A DNA stretch of 64,000 nucleotides, from the NCBI GenBank assembly GCA_052327205.1, contig CM126214.1:21948001-22012000 (forward strand). The letters are read 5' to 3'. Shown one piece after another: positions 1 through 11,753 of this stretch. Both the position numbers and the translations under genes were made by a program. Position 1 is the first letter of the stretch. The number at the start of each line of letters is the position of its first letter. This DNA is from Somniosus microcephalus (lineage: Eukaryota). The notes beneath the pieces were generated by a model. That model was given only the letters and a program-made list of their open reading frames with translations. It did no database searches and had not been told where the DNA came from.

Positions 1-14
1 TTTTACATTGAATT

Positions 15-133
15 AGGTAGAATTTACAGCACAGAAGCAGGCCATTCGCCCAACTGGCCCATGCCACAGGAGCCTCCGCCCACCCTACTTCATCTAACTC
101 TAGCAGCATATCCTTCTACTCCTTTATCCCTCA
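15..133 (-). mobile_element. CR1 LINE 3' end fragment (continues at 919-934 and ~1290-1310)
   Basis: Reverse complement of a CR1-type 3' tail (gaatggcctgcttctgtgctgtaaattcta). Sequence resumes seamlessly after the Helitron. Confidence 0.6.
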
Positions 134-918
134 CTAGCAGGGGGGGCCCGGCGTTGCCAGGGCAGTTTAGAGGGCGGAGCGGTTGACGGCGGGCTGCTGC
201 CGCTCCCTCGCTTTGTGTGTCGGGCCGCACGGTTGACGGCCGGCCGCTGCCGGTCCCCCGCTGTGTGTCTCGGGCTGAGTGGTTGTGAGGCCCGGCCCGA
301 GTGACCCCAACTCACCTCCCGCTCCGGCGGGCCGACGCAGTCTCGGGCCGCGCAGTTGACGGCCGGCCGCTGCCGCTCCCCCGCTGTGTGTATCGGGCCG
401 AGCGGTTGTGAGGCCCAGCCCGAGTGACCCCAACTCACCTCCCGCTCCGGCGGGCCGACGCAGTTGAGGAAAAGCAGGGCAACTCACCTCCCGCTCCGGT
501 GGGCCGACGCAGTTGAGGAAAAGCAGGGGAAAAAATGGTGGCGAAGTTTTGGGAGGCTGCAGGATTAGGTCCCACCCGTGACACACCGATTGGTCAACCA
601 TCAGGTCACTGAACTGTAGGATTGGTCAACCATCACGTCACTCAACGCTAATGAGCGGTAGGATTGGTCAACCGCTAATGAGCGGATTTTTGAATGCATT
701 TTGTATACTGTCGGAACAACTTTTGTCTGACCAAAAAGTAAATACGCCTATGACACTCCCCTGATCATAACCTTTCTTTTGATATAACATATGTGTAGGT
801 ACGCTCTATAACTTTTGAGTGTATAGCGGACAGACAGACGGACAGACAGACGGACAGACAGACAGACGGACAGACAGACGGACAGACAAACCAACCGCTT
901 TTTATATATATAGATAGA
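134..918 (-). mobile_element. Non-autonomous Helitron, apparently full length
   Basis: Minus strand starts TC (TCTATCTATATATATAAAAAG) and ends CTAG. Subterminal GC hairpin 146-163. Inserted between A and T with no TSD. (GTCY)n microsatellite 827-888 and internal ~123-bp GC-rich repeats. Confidence 0.85.
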
Positions 919-935
919 TGTACTTACCTAGCTTG

Positions 936-1289
936 CTCATCTTTCGATTAGGCACTTTACAGCCTTCTGGACTCAACATTGAGTTCAACAATTTCAGACA
1001 CTAACCCCTGCCCCCATTGTTTCAGGCGGCAGCTGTTTATGATTCTGCCATCCCCATTTGTAACATTTAACCTCTCCTGCCTTGCATTCTAGCGCAGACC
1101 ATCCTTTAAGTTCCTTCCTCCCCTCCCCCCGCCCCCTTCCCTGCCTCTGCACCTGCTTAAAAACTGTTACATTTCCAACTTTTACCAGTTCTGAAGAAGG
1201 GTCTCCGACCTGAAATGTTAACTCTTGTTTCTCTCTCCACGGACGCTGCCTGGCCTGCTGAGTGTTTCCAGCATTTTCTGCTGTTATTC
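936..1289 (+). mobile_element. Penelope-like element 3' fragment (end of GIY-YIG ORF plus pseudo-LTR)
   Basis: Encodes LIFRLGTLQPSGLNIEFNNFR, followed by a degenerate hammerhead CTGAAGA..GAAA and the pLTR shared with other copies in the window. Confidence 0.7.
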
Positions 1290-3130
1290 CCCTTAAATGT
1301 TGCCTCATTGTTGTTCTCCAGTCTAGGGAGAGTGACCTCTAGTCACCCTGATTGTGCAGGCTCAGCTATGCGTTGCGGGAGCCCATTTGTTGTATCATTG
1401 GAAGCATGGGGAGGGGGCGTGACTGGCGCCCCATATTTCCTCTTCTAATAGCGGTTCCCTTAATCTGACAGCACATTCAGAGACCCACGTTTTCTTGGAT
1501 CTGCAGTGCCGTCAGTTCTCCAATCATAGAGATATTTAATCAATAGAATACAGTCAATGAAGGGAGACACCCATCTCCAATCTACTGTACTCCTATAATG
1601 TAAAAGAAAACTCTTAACTGAACATTGTCTGCATCTGGCCCTCTTTTTTTTAAATGTGTGTTTGTTTTAAATATTCAGCCAGGGTGCCTCATTCTAATCC
1701 ATCGCCATAAGCTAGTTTCAGTAATTCTTAAGCTACCAAGTGGAAACGTAGAAGGAGGTGGAAAATCCCACATCAGCAGAACAAACCAGCCACTACCATA
1801 GCTGCCAACCTCAGCATATTATCAGAAAGGAGCTAAGCTAAACACAAAGGGTGAACCTGATTACAGTCCTATTTAAGGAGACGGAGCTGTGTATGATTGC
1901 AAAGAATGGGGCACACAAAAAAAACAGTTCAAATTGTTTTAAACAAAAAATAGTCTTATTCAGAAGGAGTCATATTTGGCATGGCTGCACCACTTCATTT
2001 ACCTCGCCTTGCTGCAAGCGTGTCTCCTGTCAGTTGAGCAAGGAGGGCCATTAGCTTTGTGAGTTCTAGAGGAAACTGCCTATTCAAAGAGGGTACATAG
2101 AAGCAACTGTCTGATATAGGAACAGGAGCAGGCCATTCAGCCCCTCGAGCCTGTTTCAGTGTATGGATAGTCGGGAGTAAATTGTCCACATGATCTTGAG
2201 TTGATTTGATGTCACTTCACGTCTATGTGGAAACCCCACACAAATGTAGGTCCCCAATTCAGCCCATGATGCTGTATTATTTTAAGCCGAATAATATTTA
2301 CAAGATACTTACTTTTTTTTCTTTGTTTCTGATGTTGAAAAAGATTGAAGCCTTTCATTTTTCTGGGCATGCCATCCTCCGCAAAGACACCTGAGCCGAA
2401 GCAGCAAGAGCTCCTGGGAGTCTCTGCCCTTGGCTCTGACTCCTTGCTTTTGTTTGCTTTGTGAGGGGTGGATGGTGGTTCCACCCCTCACAAGGCAAAC
2501 AGAAAACTCCTGGAAACAGAGACAACCGATGGAACCAGGTTTCTCTGATTTTCCAGGGGTTCTGCCAGGTTCAGAACCCCTGAGGAACTTCTGGGCCAGA
2601 GTTGAAGACAAGAAAGACTTGCATTTATATAGCACCTTTCACGACCTCAGGACATCCCAAAGCACTTTACAGCCAATGAGGTACTTTTGAAGTGCAGTCA
2701 CTGTTGTAATGTGGGAAACACGGCAGCCAATCTGCGCATAGCAAGCTCCCACAAACAGCAATGTGATAATGACCAGATAATCTGTTTTTTTGCGATGTAG
2801 AGCTCCAGCAGCCCTCCAGTACTCTGCCCAACAGATCGTTCCTTATGTGTGAGTGTCGGCAGACTGTGGGGAACATCACGGCGAAGACCAATCTTATTCT
2901 CATCCAATTCCTACGCACACACACTTCCCAGTTTTCTGAAAGCCTTACATTTTCTTTCTATGGAATTACGTTGAGCCTCCTCTCAGCTGCTGCTATTTAA
3001 ATGCCATAAAGAGAATAGGCCTCAGGCTTGTAGATTAGGGACACTTAGTTGGCATAGGCACTTATCTATCTTTTTCTCATTTGCCTCCCACAATTGTTTC
3101 TCCTTTCCTCTCCTGCAGGTGCTGGCTCAT

Positions 3131-3836
3131 TTTTCAATTCAATTCAATTCAAATTGCTTTATTGGCATGACAAGGTACATCTTATGTTGCCAAAGCATCG
3201 AAAAACATTCATGGTTGAACACAAAAACACAGATCTATCCATACAGTGTATAAACAGATATATCCCTGAGTGTGTAAATATACATTCATATAATTTGTAT
3301 ATACTCTTCTTATATTTAGTGGTTGTCCCTCTGTTTATGGCAAGCTGTAACATAGTGTGCCGCTAAGGTTACACAATTTCTCTCTTCCCCTAGTAGGTAT
3401 GGGAGTTTTTGGTCGTCATTCAAATTTCTGAATTCCGGGCATATTTTTGTGAATTTTGGGTAGAAATTCTCCCTTATGCCCTGATATTTTCTACAAGCTG
3501 TGAGGAAGTGCATCTCTGTCTCCACCACTCCCTGACTGCAGTGAGAGCATATCCTGTCCTCTCTTGGTAGCCGGGTCTGCCTGTGTCTACCTTTTTCGAT
3601 CGCCAGGCTATGTTCACTAAGTCTGTACATTGTCAAGGTTTTTCTCAGTTTGCTATCCTTTACCATGGTCAGGTAATCAGCCATGTTGTATTGTCTGTTT
3701 AGGGCCAAGTAGCAATTGAGTTTGTTTTGGGTTTTTGTTGTTTCTGCCCAATATGACAGATATTTTTCCTTTTGCTTAGTGACGATTGTGTTGGGTCGAA
3801 TTCTTTGTGTTACGCTCATGCTGAGGTATGTTTTCA
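3131..3836 (-). mobile_element. 5'-truncated RTE-X-like LINE with intact C-terminal ORF
   Basis: ORF RLSEHSLAIEKGRH...CSHC...EMHFLTAC (CCHC-like), then 3'UTR, AATAAA and (TTGAA)n tail. Confidence 0.7.
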
Positions 3837-5228
3837 CAGGCTCGAGCAGCCCTCCAGTCCAGCAGATCATTCCTTATGTGTGAGTGTCGGCAGACTATGA
3901 GGAGCATCACGGCTAAGACCAACCTTATTCTCGTCCAATTTCTACGTGCACGCACTTCACAGCAGGGGTCATTGGCTAGCGCCTGTAGGAAGGCCTGGCT
4001 GATTTGACCTATCCCCAGCCCAGGGTCTTGAAGCTAATGGTAGCACCCATGATCTCTACCCCACCTGAGATCAGCTAAGTCCACATAGACTCGGGATTGA
4101 ATGTGGGACCTTCTTGGTCTGTATGGAATAGTACCACACTGGGTAGGGCATTTACCTAGTAAGTCATCAAGGGAGCGGGACACATAGCAACTTTATTTCC
4201 TGCAGCATTTCTTGTTTGTTTCTTGTTGGATCAGTACTAGAAGAGTGGGGAAACTCAAGAAATTAATATATTTGTCACTGATTCAAAAATGTGCCAGTTG
4301 CCCAATTGAAGCAGAAGTGGGGCTGAGATTAATTTCTGACCCCACCCAGTCAGTGTAACTAATATCCAGAAAATACTACGAATCTGTTATCCACTGTTAT
4401 TCATTGGCAATGTCATTCTCAATATTAAAACTAACGGGCTGGAGAGCTCGCCTGATGACTCAGTGAGTAAACATGTTGCATGGTGTGGTACTGAGCAACA
4501 CAGACCAGCAGAATCACAGAACACGCAAGGGTAGATCATCAAATAGAGAACCGACCTCACCTAGAAACAGAACCCACACAAAACTCACTGGCGCCAGTGA
4601 CACTTGTAAATTATTCCATAGCCATTTGGCTCTTCCTGGCTTAACATGCACACATACATTAATTAGGGATGATAGGGAGCACTTTATTCAAGGCATTCAG
4701 AGGATATCAAGGGCCAGAGCCCAAGTGGCTTCTATGGATGCCATCTAATGCCCTCTATCATCTATTATTTACTATGGTTTGCATGAAATAAAAAGAATAG
4801 CGTCCCTGATAGTTCAGTGGGTTACTGTACCACCTGGTGTGGCACGGCTCCTTACAGACTAGGAAAGTCCCAGATTTGATCCCCGGCTCTACTGAGTTAA
4901 CTGATCTCAATATAGCTTCTACAATTGTCCTCCTGGCTAAGGAAGAGAAAAAGCAGCCAAGGCATCCCACTCCTGATCACCACCCAATGTCCTCAATTGG
5001 AAATCAGCCACGCGTAAGTGCTGGATACGGACATTATCAGGCTCTGCTCCCCATTCCTGGCATGTCCTAAGCTCTGGAATTCCCTCCCTAAACCTCTCCG
5101 CCTCTCTACCCATCTCTCCTCCTTAAAACCTACCTCTATGACAAAGCCTGTCCTAATATCTCCTTATGTGGCTCGGTGTTTGATAACACTCTTTTGAAGC
5201 ACCTTGGAATGTTTTACTATGTTAATGG

Positions 5229-5569
5229 AGTGGGCCTTTGGCGTAGCGGTAGCATCCCCGCCGCTGGGCCAGGAGGCGTAGGGTTTCAAACCCCGCTCCA
5301 GACAGTCCCGGCAAGTGGAGTCGGAGCTCCGGCTCTAAATTCTGGGTTGACATCCAGCGGGATACTTGCGTCCGTGGGTGTGGGTGGCCCCCCCCCTCGT
5401 ATGGGTTGTGGGAGCCCGTAAAACCCTCCCGCCATAGGACTAACCACCCTAATGGCTGGTACGAAGATGGTTACCGTCACGGAAGGAGCGTTAATCGCGG
5501 CCAGAAATCCTTCCACCATTTCATACAGTTCCCCAAAGGGAACAGTGTGAAGACACGTATGACGACGAC
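5229..5569 (+). mobile_element. Young tRNA-derived SINE with (GAC)n tail, inserted in an L2 3' end (~5070-5605)
   Basis: A box TGGCGTAGCGG, B-box-like GGTTTCAAACC. TSD actatgttaatgg at 5216-5228 and 5568-5580. Confidence 0.8.
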
Positions 5570-6038
5570 TATGTTAATGGCCCTATATAAATGCAAGTTG
5601 TTGTTGTACAAAGTGGCCACATGATTCTCCGGAGGGTATAAGAAAAGCTCTGTTATGGACTTTTCCCAAATTAATTAATCTCACGAAGGGGGCGAATAAC
5701 TGCAGATAAAACTTCATAAAGAGAAAGAAAGAAAAATCCCTTTCCACAAAGATAATCAACTTAAAGTTCCAGAATATGGGGTTTTATTGAACTTAATGCT
5801 CAACACATCCATGCAGAGCAACAATAAACAAATCGAACGTTGAACTATAAAGCCAAAACAAGTAAGAGGATGCCATACTCCCACCATATGATGCTCTAGT
5901 CAGAGCACACCTTGAACGCTGTGTCCAGTTCCGGCCCCTGAGACACAATTCAGGTGCTGGAGCTAGTTCAGAGAAGAGCCATAAGACTGATCCCTAGTGT
6001 CAGAGGTCTGAGTTATGAGAACAATCTAAAGAAACTTG

Positions 6039-6748
6039 GTGCTAGAAATTCGGTGGGCTGCGCCACCAGTTAGCGCCTAAAGAGGGCGCTCAGTGGCTTT
6101 AGCGCCACTGGCCACGCCTCCCGCGATATTTAGCTGGGGCGCTAATGGCAGCGTTAGCCTGTTGCGCTGCGCCACAACCGATGACGTCATCGGTGTGCGC
6201 AGCGCCCCGCTACTGCCCCGATCGCGATATTTGGCAGCGCCCGCCTCTGTAGCGCCATTCGCAAATCGCGCCCGGTTCACGGGGCCTACCTGTGGCGGGA
6301 GTGGCGCAAATTAAGGTGGAGGTGCGGGGCGGCCGTTTTTTTCAGCAGCCACCTGCCAGCACCTCCGTCCCCAGCCTCCTGATCTCCCCCCGCGGCAGTG
6401 CCGGCTGTTTTCCGAGAGCCCGGCACTTCTCCTCGGTGCCGGGCTCTTTTGCCGGCACTCGCGATCTCTGATCGCGCTGGTGCAGGCCCCTCCCCCTTAA
6501 GAATGGGAGGAAGGCCTGCAGTACCGCAGTGCGCCGTGCTGCAGCGTGTGGCGCTGCGGCACGTTGCGCTGCGATATTCAGTTTCAGCACCCCAAGAGGG
6601 ACGCGGAGCGCCTCGAGCAGCGCCCCGTGTCCCTCTTGGGGCGCACAAGCTGAATTTCCAGTGGTCACAACTGCTCCGATCGCAGCGGTAATTCCGGCGC
6701 CCAGGCGAGCTGGGCGCCCCGTTTGTGGCTCCACCGAATTTCTCCCCC
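6039..6748. mobile_element. GC-rich MITE (PIF/Harbinger-like) inserted in a CR1 fragment (~5850-7085, +)
   Basis: TIR core AGAAATTCGGTGG at both ends and a 3-bp TSD TTG. Removing the element restores the CR1 reading KKLGLFSL. Confidence 0.75.
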
Positions 6749-7209
6749 TTGGACTTTTCAGCCTTCAAAGGAGGTATCTGAGACGATCTCATAGAGCTTA
6801 GAGAAGATTGTGAATGGTATGGAAGAGGTGAACAGGAATAATTGTTTCAAACTAAATCGTGGGAGGAGGACAAAGAGGAGTAGGTTCAAACACGCAAAAG
6901 GTAAATTTAGGACTGATATCGGGAAGTTCTGCAGCATGTAAAACGTGATCAATACATGAATGAACCTCTACATAGAGTAGTGGAGGTGAAAACATGGAAT
7001 GGTTCAAGCAAAAATATATTTAACAATGGGAAAAGTGTAGGGTGTCTTTAGGATGGATGAACTAAATGGGCTGAATGGCCTTTGTTCATATTTATTTGGT
7101 GATTATGTGAGCAATCTGACTTTAGAATCTACATTATTCAACCTTGGCTGGTTGCATTCCACAGGGAACATCTCACAGCCTATCAGGAGATAGAGCCATA
7201 GTGTTGGGT

Positions 7210-8090
7210 ATTTAATCATATCACATGTTAGCTCTTGCCTGTAGGTCATAGGGCCATGGGTTCAGGCTTCACTCCGGGACTAGATCACATAATACAGGCT
7301 AACTTTTCAATGAAGAACTGAGGAAGTGCGACATTGTCAGAGGTGGCACTCTTTGGGTGAGGTGTTAACCTGAGGCCCAATTTGCCTGTTCTGGTGGATG
7401 GTAAAGATCACACGGCATTATTTGAAAAAGAGCACAGCATTCTCCTGGTGTCCTGACCAACCAACACCACTATTGGCTATAACAACAGAAAATGCTGGAA
7501 AAACTCAGAAGGCCAGGCAACATCCATGGAGAGAGAAACAGAGTTAATGTTTCAGGTCGAAGGCCCTTCATCAGGACTGAGAAAGAAGCAGGAAATGAAA
7601 CAGATTAAGAAGCAAGTTTGGGGATGAAAGAACAAAAGGGAAGGACTGGGAGAGGGGAAGAGATATTAAGAGATATTCAAGGCGAGACGAGATGGTAATA
7701 GGACAAGTAAAGAGACGAAGGATGGCTCTAGATGAAGTGTGAAATGTGCTGGTAGAATGAAAGACAGCTGCCATGTGGGAGAGAAAAAAAAAGGAAAAGG
7801 CACAAACCAAAAGTGAGGATAAAAAATATATAAAAATATGATAGGGGCCGAGGTTATGATCTGAAATTGTTGAACTCGATATTGAGTCCGGAAGGCTGTA
7901 AAGTGCTATTGGCTAAACTGTTTAACTGGTCATGCACCTTATTGCTGTTTGTGGTAGCTTGATGTGCACAAAATGGCGACCACATTATAACAACACCCAC
8001 TGCACTTAAAAGTAATTTGTTGAACATGATACACTTGGATGTTTCCGAGAGTGTGATAAGGTGCTATATAAATGCAATTGTTTCTTTCTT
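7210..8090 (+). mobile_element. DeuSINE (SacSINE1/AmnSINE-like), interrupted by a Penelope fragment
   Basis: Deu-like core gatcacacggcattatttgaaaaagagc...ctcctggtgtcctgaccaa and L2-like tail gctatataaatgcaa. Confidence 0.6.
7480..7905 (-). mobile_element. Penelope-like element 3' fragment
   Basis: Same pLTR as 936-1289. 10-bp TSD ctattggcta at 7470-7479 and 7906-7915. Confidence 0.75.
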
Positions 8091-10619
8091 CTGTAACCTT
8101 TAATTCCTTTCATAATGAGAATGTAGGAATGACTCAGTAACAAAGTTAGTCCAGTTCCTCTCATAAAGCCAAGTACTGGCAGGGAACAGAGAATGCCCAC
8201 GTCGGGAAAAACTCAAGAGATCGCCAGTGGAAGAACACCTGTATGTGTCAGAGTCTGACTCACGGACGAACGTTACAATGGAGCTGTGGAAAAGTCAGCA
8301 GTTCCACCTGCCCACATCACAGCCAGGAGCATCCTGCTGAGGGAGATGAAGGCACATCAGCGTTAAAGGGAGGGCTGGAAGCATTGGGGTAAAAATCCAT
8401 TTAAACAGAGTGGAAAGCGCTCACAATTAAATATGAAGCACATTTTACATCCGTGGGAAATAGGGAATGAATTGTGTTTAGATGGCAAGTTAATTTACTT
8501 TGTTTCTTAACAGTTATAATTCATAAGCACCATGGATTAATGAAACCGAAGACAATTGTTTTCAACAACTAATGAACTTTGCAGCAATTCACTTCTAACT
8601 TCTGAGTCTGTTGACATTTTGAAATTTCTGGTATTTTAATGGCAACATTAACAATCAATAAAAAAAAGTTAACAATGCGCCTCTTCCGTTGCTCAGATGG
8701 TATTTTCATAATATTTCATGATGGTTTTTCCAAGATGGAGGCGGTGTTGTCAATGCCCAAGCATGAGGTAGGCTGGTCAGGTGAAGGACAGATTAGTTGG
8801 GAGAGGAACAGGTCAGTTTACTTTGCCCTGGTTTTCACCTCATTAACTGAAGGCACTAGTACGTACAAGTATTTATGTAGTTAAAATCGCAGGAAAGTGG
8901 CAGACGTGCACTGGCTCCCTGCATTTGCATTGCTAAAGCAGATCTTGGTTGGTGCAGTGGTAAGGACACTACAATGGCCCTCATTGCCTCTGGACATGGG
9001 AGGTAAAATATAAATCAGGCAAGGGTTTCGAGCTCCTGCTGGAAAGTGCATGTGTTTGCATGTTAAGTGAGGACAAATTTAGGCTCAATTTTGATTCCCC
9101 CACAATCCAATAGTCTGCCAGCATTCATCATCTAGGCTCACTCATCAAGAATAGTCACTTGGGCCTGGAGGTGGTCACTCGCTAACCAACATCCTAATCT
9201 AAGCAGTGGAGACTCAACGGGATTCATTTTGACTGCCTTCGTCTGGCTTTAACAACCTCAAAAATGGGGTTGGTAGCCTTACTGTCCCATTAATACAGGC
9301 AATGCAGCTGGCTCCATTTTGAAAGGTGTCCAAAGCCTGTTTTAGGGGATAGGCCCCTTTTAATATGGAAATAGGGGAGTCCTATGACGTAAATAAGATC
9401 CCGATTGCTATTTTAGGTCGGAACTGGTCAGACCAGCCAGTTCGACGGCTGTTGGAGCCAAAGAGGCCTGCCAAAGGTAAGTGTTGAATTATTTTGTAGG
9501 CCCTAGAGGAGCAGCAGTGTTTCTTCAGGTCCCACAAAGATAATCTGGGGCCTTGCTGCCTCGGGACTCACACCCTGGCAGATCACAACACCCCCCTCCC
9601 CCACCCCTCCGCAGCGTACCTTGCTGGCGGCCGCCCTCCCTGATCTTGAGGCCTCAATCTCCGACTAGCTGCACCGGGACAACTGTTTGGTACTCCACAG
9701 CTCATCTACCTTCTTGATACGAGGCTGGAGCCTCAAAATCACGGGCGGCCAACCAACGTGCTCCACCGGTCAGTTGCCCCTAAAGTCACACTAGACCTCA
9801 ACTTGTCTGTCATGTTAGAACAAATGATTTTCATCTGCTCAACCTTTCAATATAATAAGAACACTAGAAAGTAGAAAGAAGCAGCTGACTAATGATGCAA
9901 ATAGTTCGAATGAACCGAAAAATATCTTTAGGCATCGTTAATCAGCTGCTTCTTTCTACTTTTTCGGGATGTGTGTGTAACAGCTTAATATCTCATCTGC
10001 CTCAGTGAGGTTCACTGATTCATACCGAGGCAGTGTCCTATCAGACAGTTCTTAGGAAGCCTCGGTTCCTGGAAGAGCGGGTTTCAGATTTAGCTGTGGA
10101 GGTGCTATGCTAGCTGCTGTGGCAAGTTGCTCTTGCACGAGACCCTCTATCTGGTGCAATGTCAACTTCCACTGGCCACTAAGTGTTCATAACATCGTAA
10201 AAATGACTTTGCTAAAAATGAGGAACAAATGAAACCTTTTGATTATGGTCTGCTGGAGGAAATTTTCCAGCATGGTTTAGACATTCTTATCTTGCTTTTG
10301 TTTAAACTATGGTAAAAGTAATAGATTTATAGAGCAATGTGTGATTGGCATGACGATTGTTTCATTTTCCTTGTGTAAATAAGCTATAAAAGTTGCAAAC
10401 TCTATTTTGCCCAGTACCTCTTTAACACCTCTTTTCTCTAATGGTGGTGGCAAATGCAACAGTGAGTCTATGTTGTCTGGGAGTGAGGAATGTGGCGAGT
10501 TTGCAAGTGCCTGGGAAGATGCCGCTGTAGTCTGTTCAACCTGGAACTGCTGCAGGGCAGCAGGAGTGCTGCCATTTGGCATGAAACTCATATATCATAC
10601 CCACAATGGCTCAGAAGGT

Positions 10620-10985
10620 AAGGGCACCACACAGTGTACTACTGACTCATCCAGACCCCGGAGGGCTCCAAGTTCGATCTCTGGTCTGTGCTGAATTATC
10701 TGATCCTAGTCAGGCTGTTGGTGAGGGCAGTACAATTTAGGGATAGGGAAAAAAATCAGTCACAGGTTCCTGCTCTTGATCATTATCCACTGACCCAGAT
10801 GGAAAGTTTGTGTATGAGGGCTCGACTGTGAGGTTTGATCTCTGTGATCAAATGGTATGCTAGCAGCAACAGCCTAGCTCACAAGTGAAGACTGGTCACT
10901 TCGATGGGGTATCAGCCGGCTTTCAATACCTTTCCCTAACACAAACTACTGCCTCCAGAAGATGAGCAGAGTAAAGGGAAAAAAA
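10620..10985 (+). mobile_element. Old tRNA-derived SINE (LF-SINE-like). Related copies at ~4800-5070, 12590-12910, 21520-21740, 29480-29870, 38770-39060, 40390-40680, 43910-44210
   Basis: Recurrent motifs ccaggttcgatccctggtctgtgctga and ctcacacatgaagaatggccacttgg. Family name is tentative. Confidence 0.5.
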
Positions 10986-11753
10986 TGTGCACTTAACTCA
11001 CATATGATTGGTGTTAAAATCATAATAACAGTGACTCTTCTACTATATAATTTCTGATGCTATGTTTTGTGTTGTGTATTCCTATCTCCTTCATTATTGT
11101 TTTCTCACCAATTTGCTTCCCTCCTCTCCTCCTCTCCCCCAGGCATTAACCTTCAGCTCCAATAGGGTCCTATGAGCGTTGGTCACCCTCTGGTACCTCT
11201 TTGGCCAAGAGATCATTATCCAGGTCAGAGCCTTCAGAATGTATGTCGTCAGGTTATTCAACTATGAGGACGCCTAGCATCCTAGATACAGCCCTCTAAC
11301 AGGGATCAATGGTGTGGCAATATGGGTGGTGCCTTTTCCCCTCTTCCCTAACCCAAGGGTACAACAGGCAATGTTACCCCTACCACCATGTTGCCTGAGG
11401 TCACCTAATTCAGCACAGACTGGAAACAAGACCAAGGGCATTTCCAGTCAGTGACTCGTTGTCTAAATCTGGCAAACCATCGAGGGAGTTCTCCTTTATT
11501 ACTTAATACAAGAATCCTTTCCTGTGGGGAAAAAAGCTGCCCAGGTCATCACACTGGCTCTCCTCCCAGATAACCCTGTTAGGAGGAACAGCAGTTCTTT
11601 TGGAGCTTTAACTGTACAATTATACCAAACTTTCATTGGCAAGAGCATGCACACTGTAAAACTGTAAATTAGGTCATAACTTTCTCTTGTTTTAAATATA
11701 ACAGAAGTGTTAAGACGTAACCTTGATTTCTTTCCTATCTTGAAAAATTGAAT

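Noticed and set aside
124-601. Repetitive GC-rich ORFs, or a CRISPR-like array
   Set aside because: These are tandem repeats inside the Helitron, with no unique spacers, in a eukaryotic context.
6077-6801. Multiple overlapping ORFs suggesting a gene or CpG-island promoter
   Set aside because: They lie wholly within a TIR/TSD-bounded MITE, and high GC content explains the lack of stops.
10307-10694. Opposing ~95-aa ORFs as a downstream gene such as CIRBP
   Set aside because: No RRM or other recognisable domain and no convincing splice structure. No neighbouring gene is detectable in the window.
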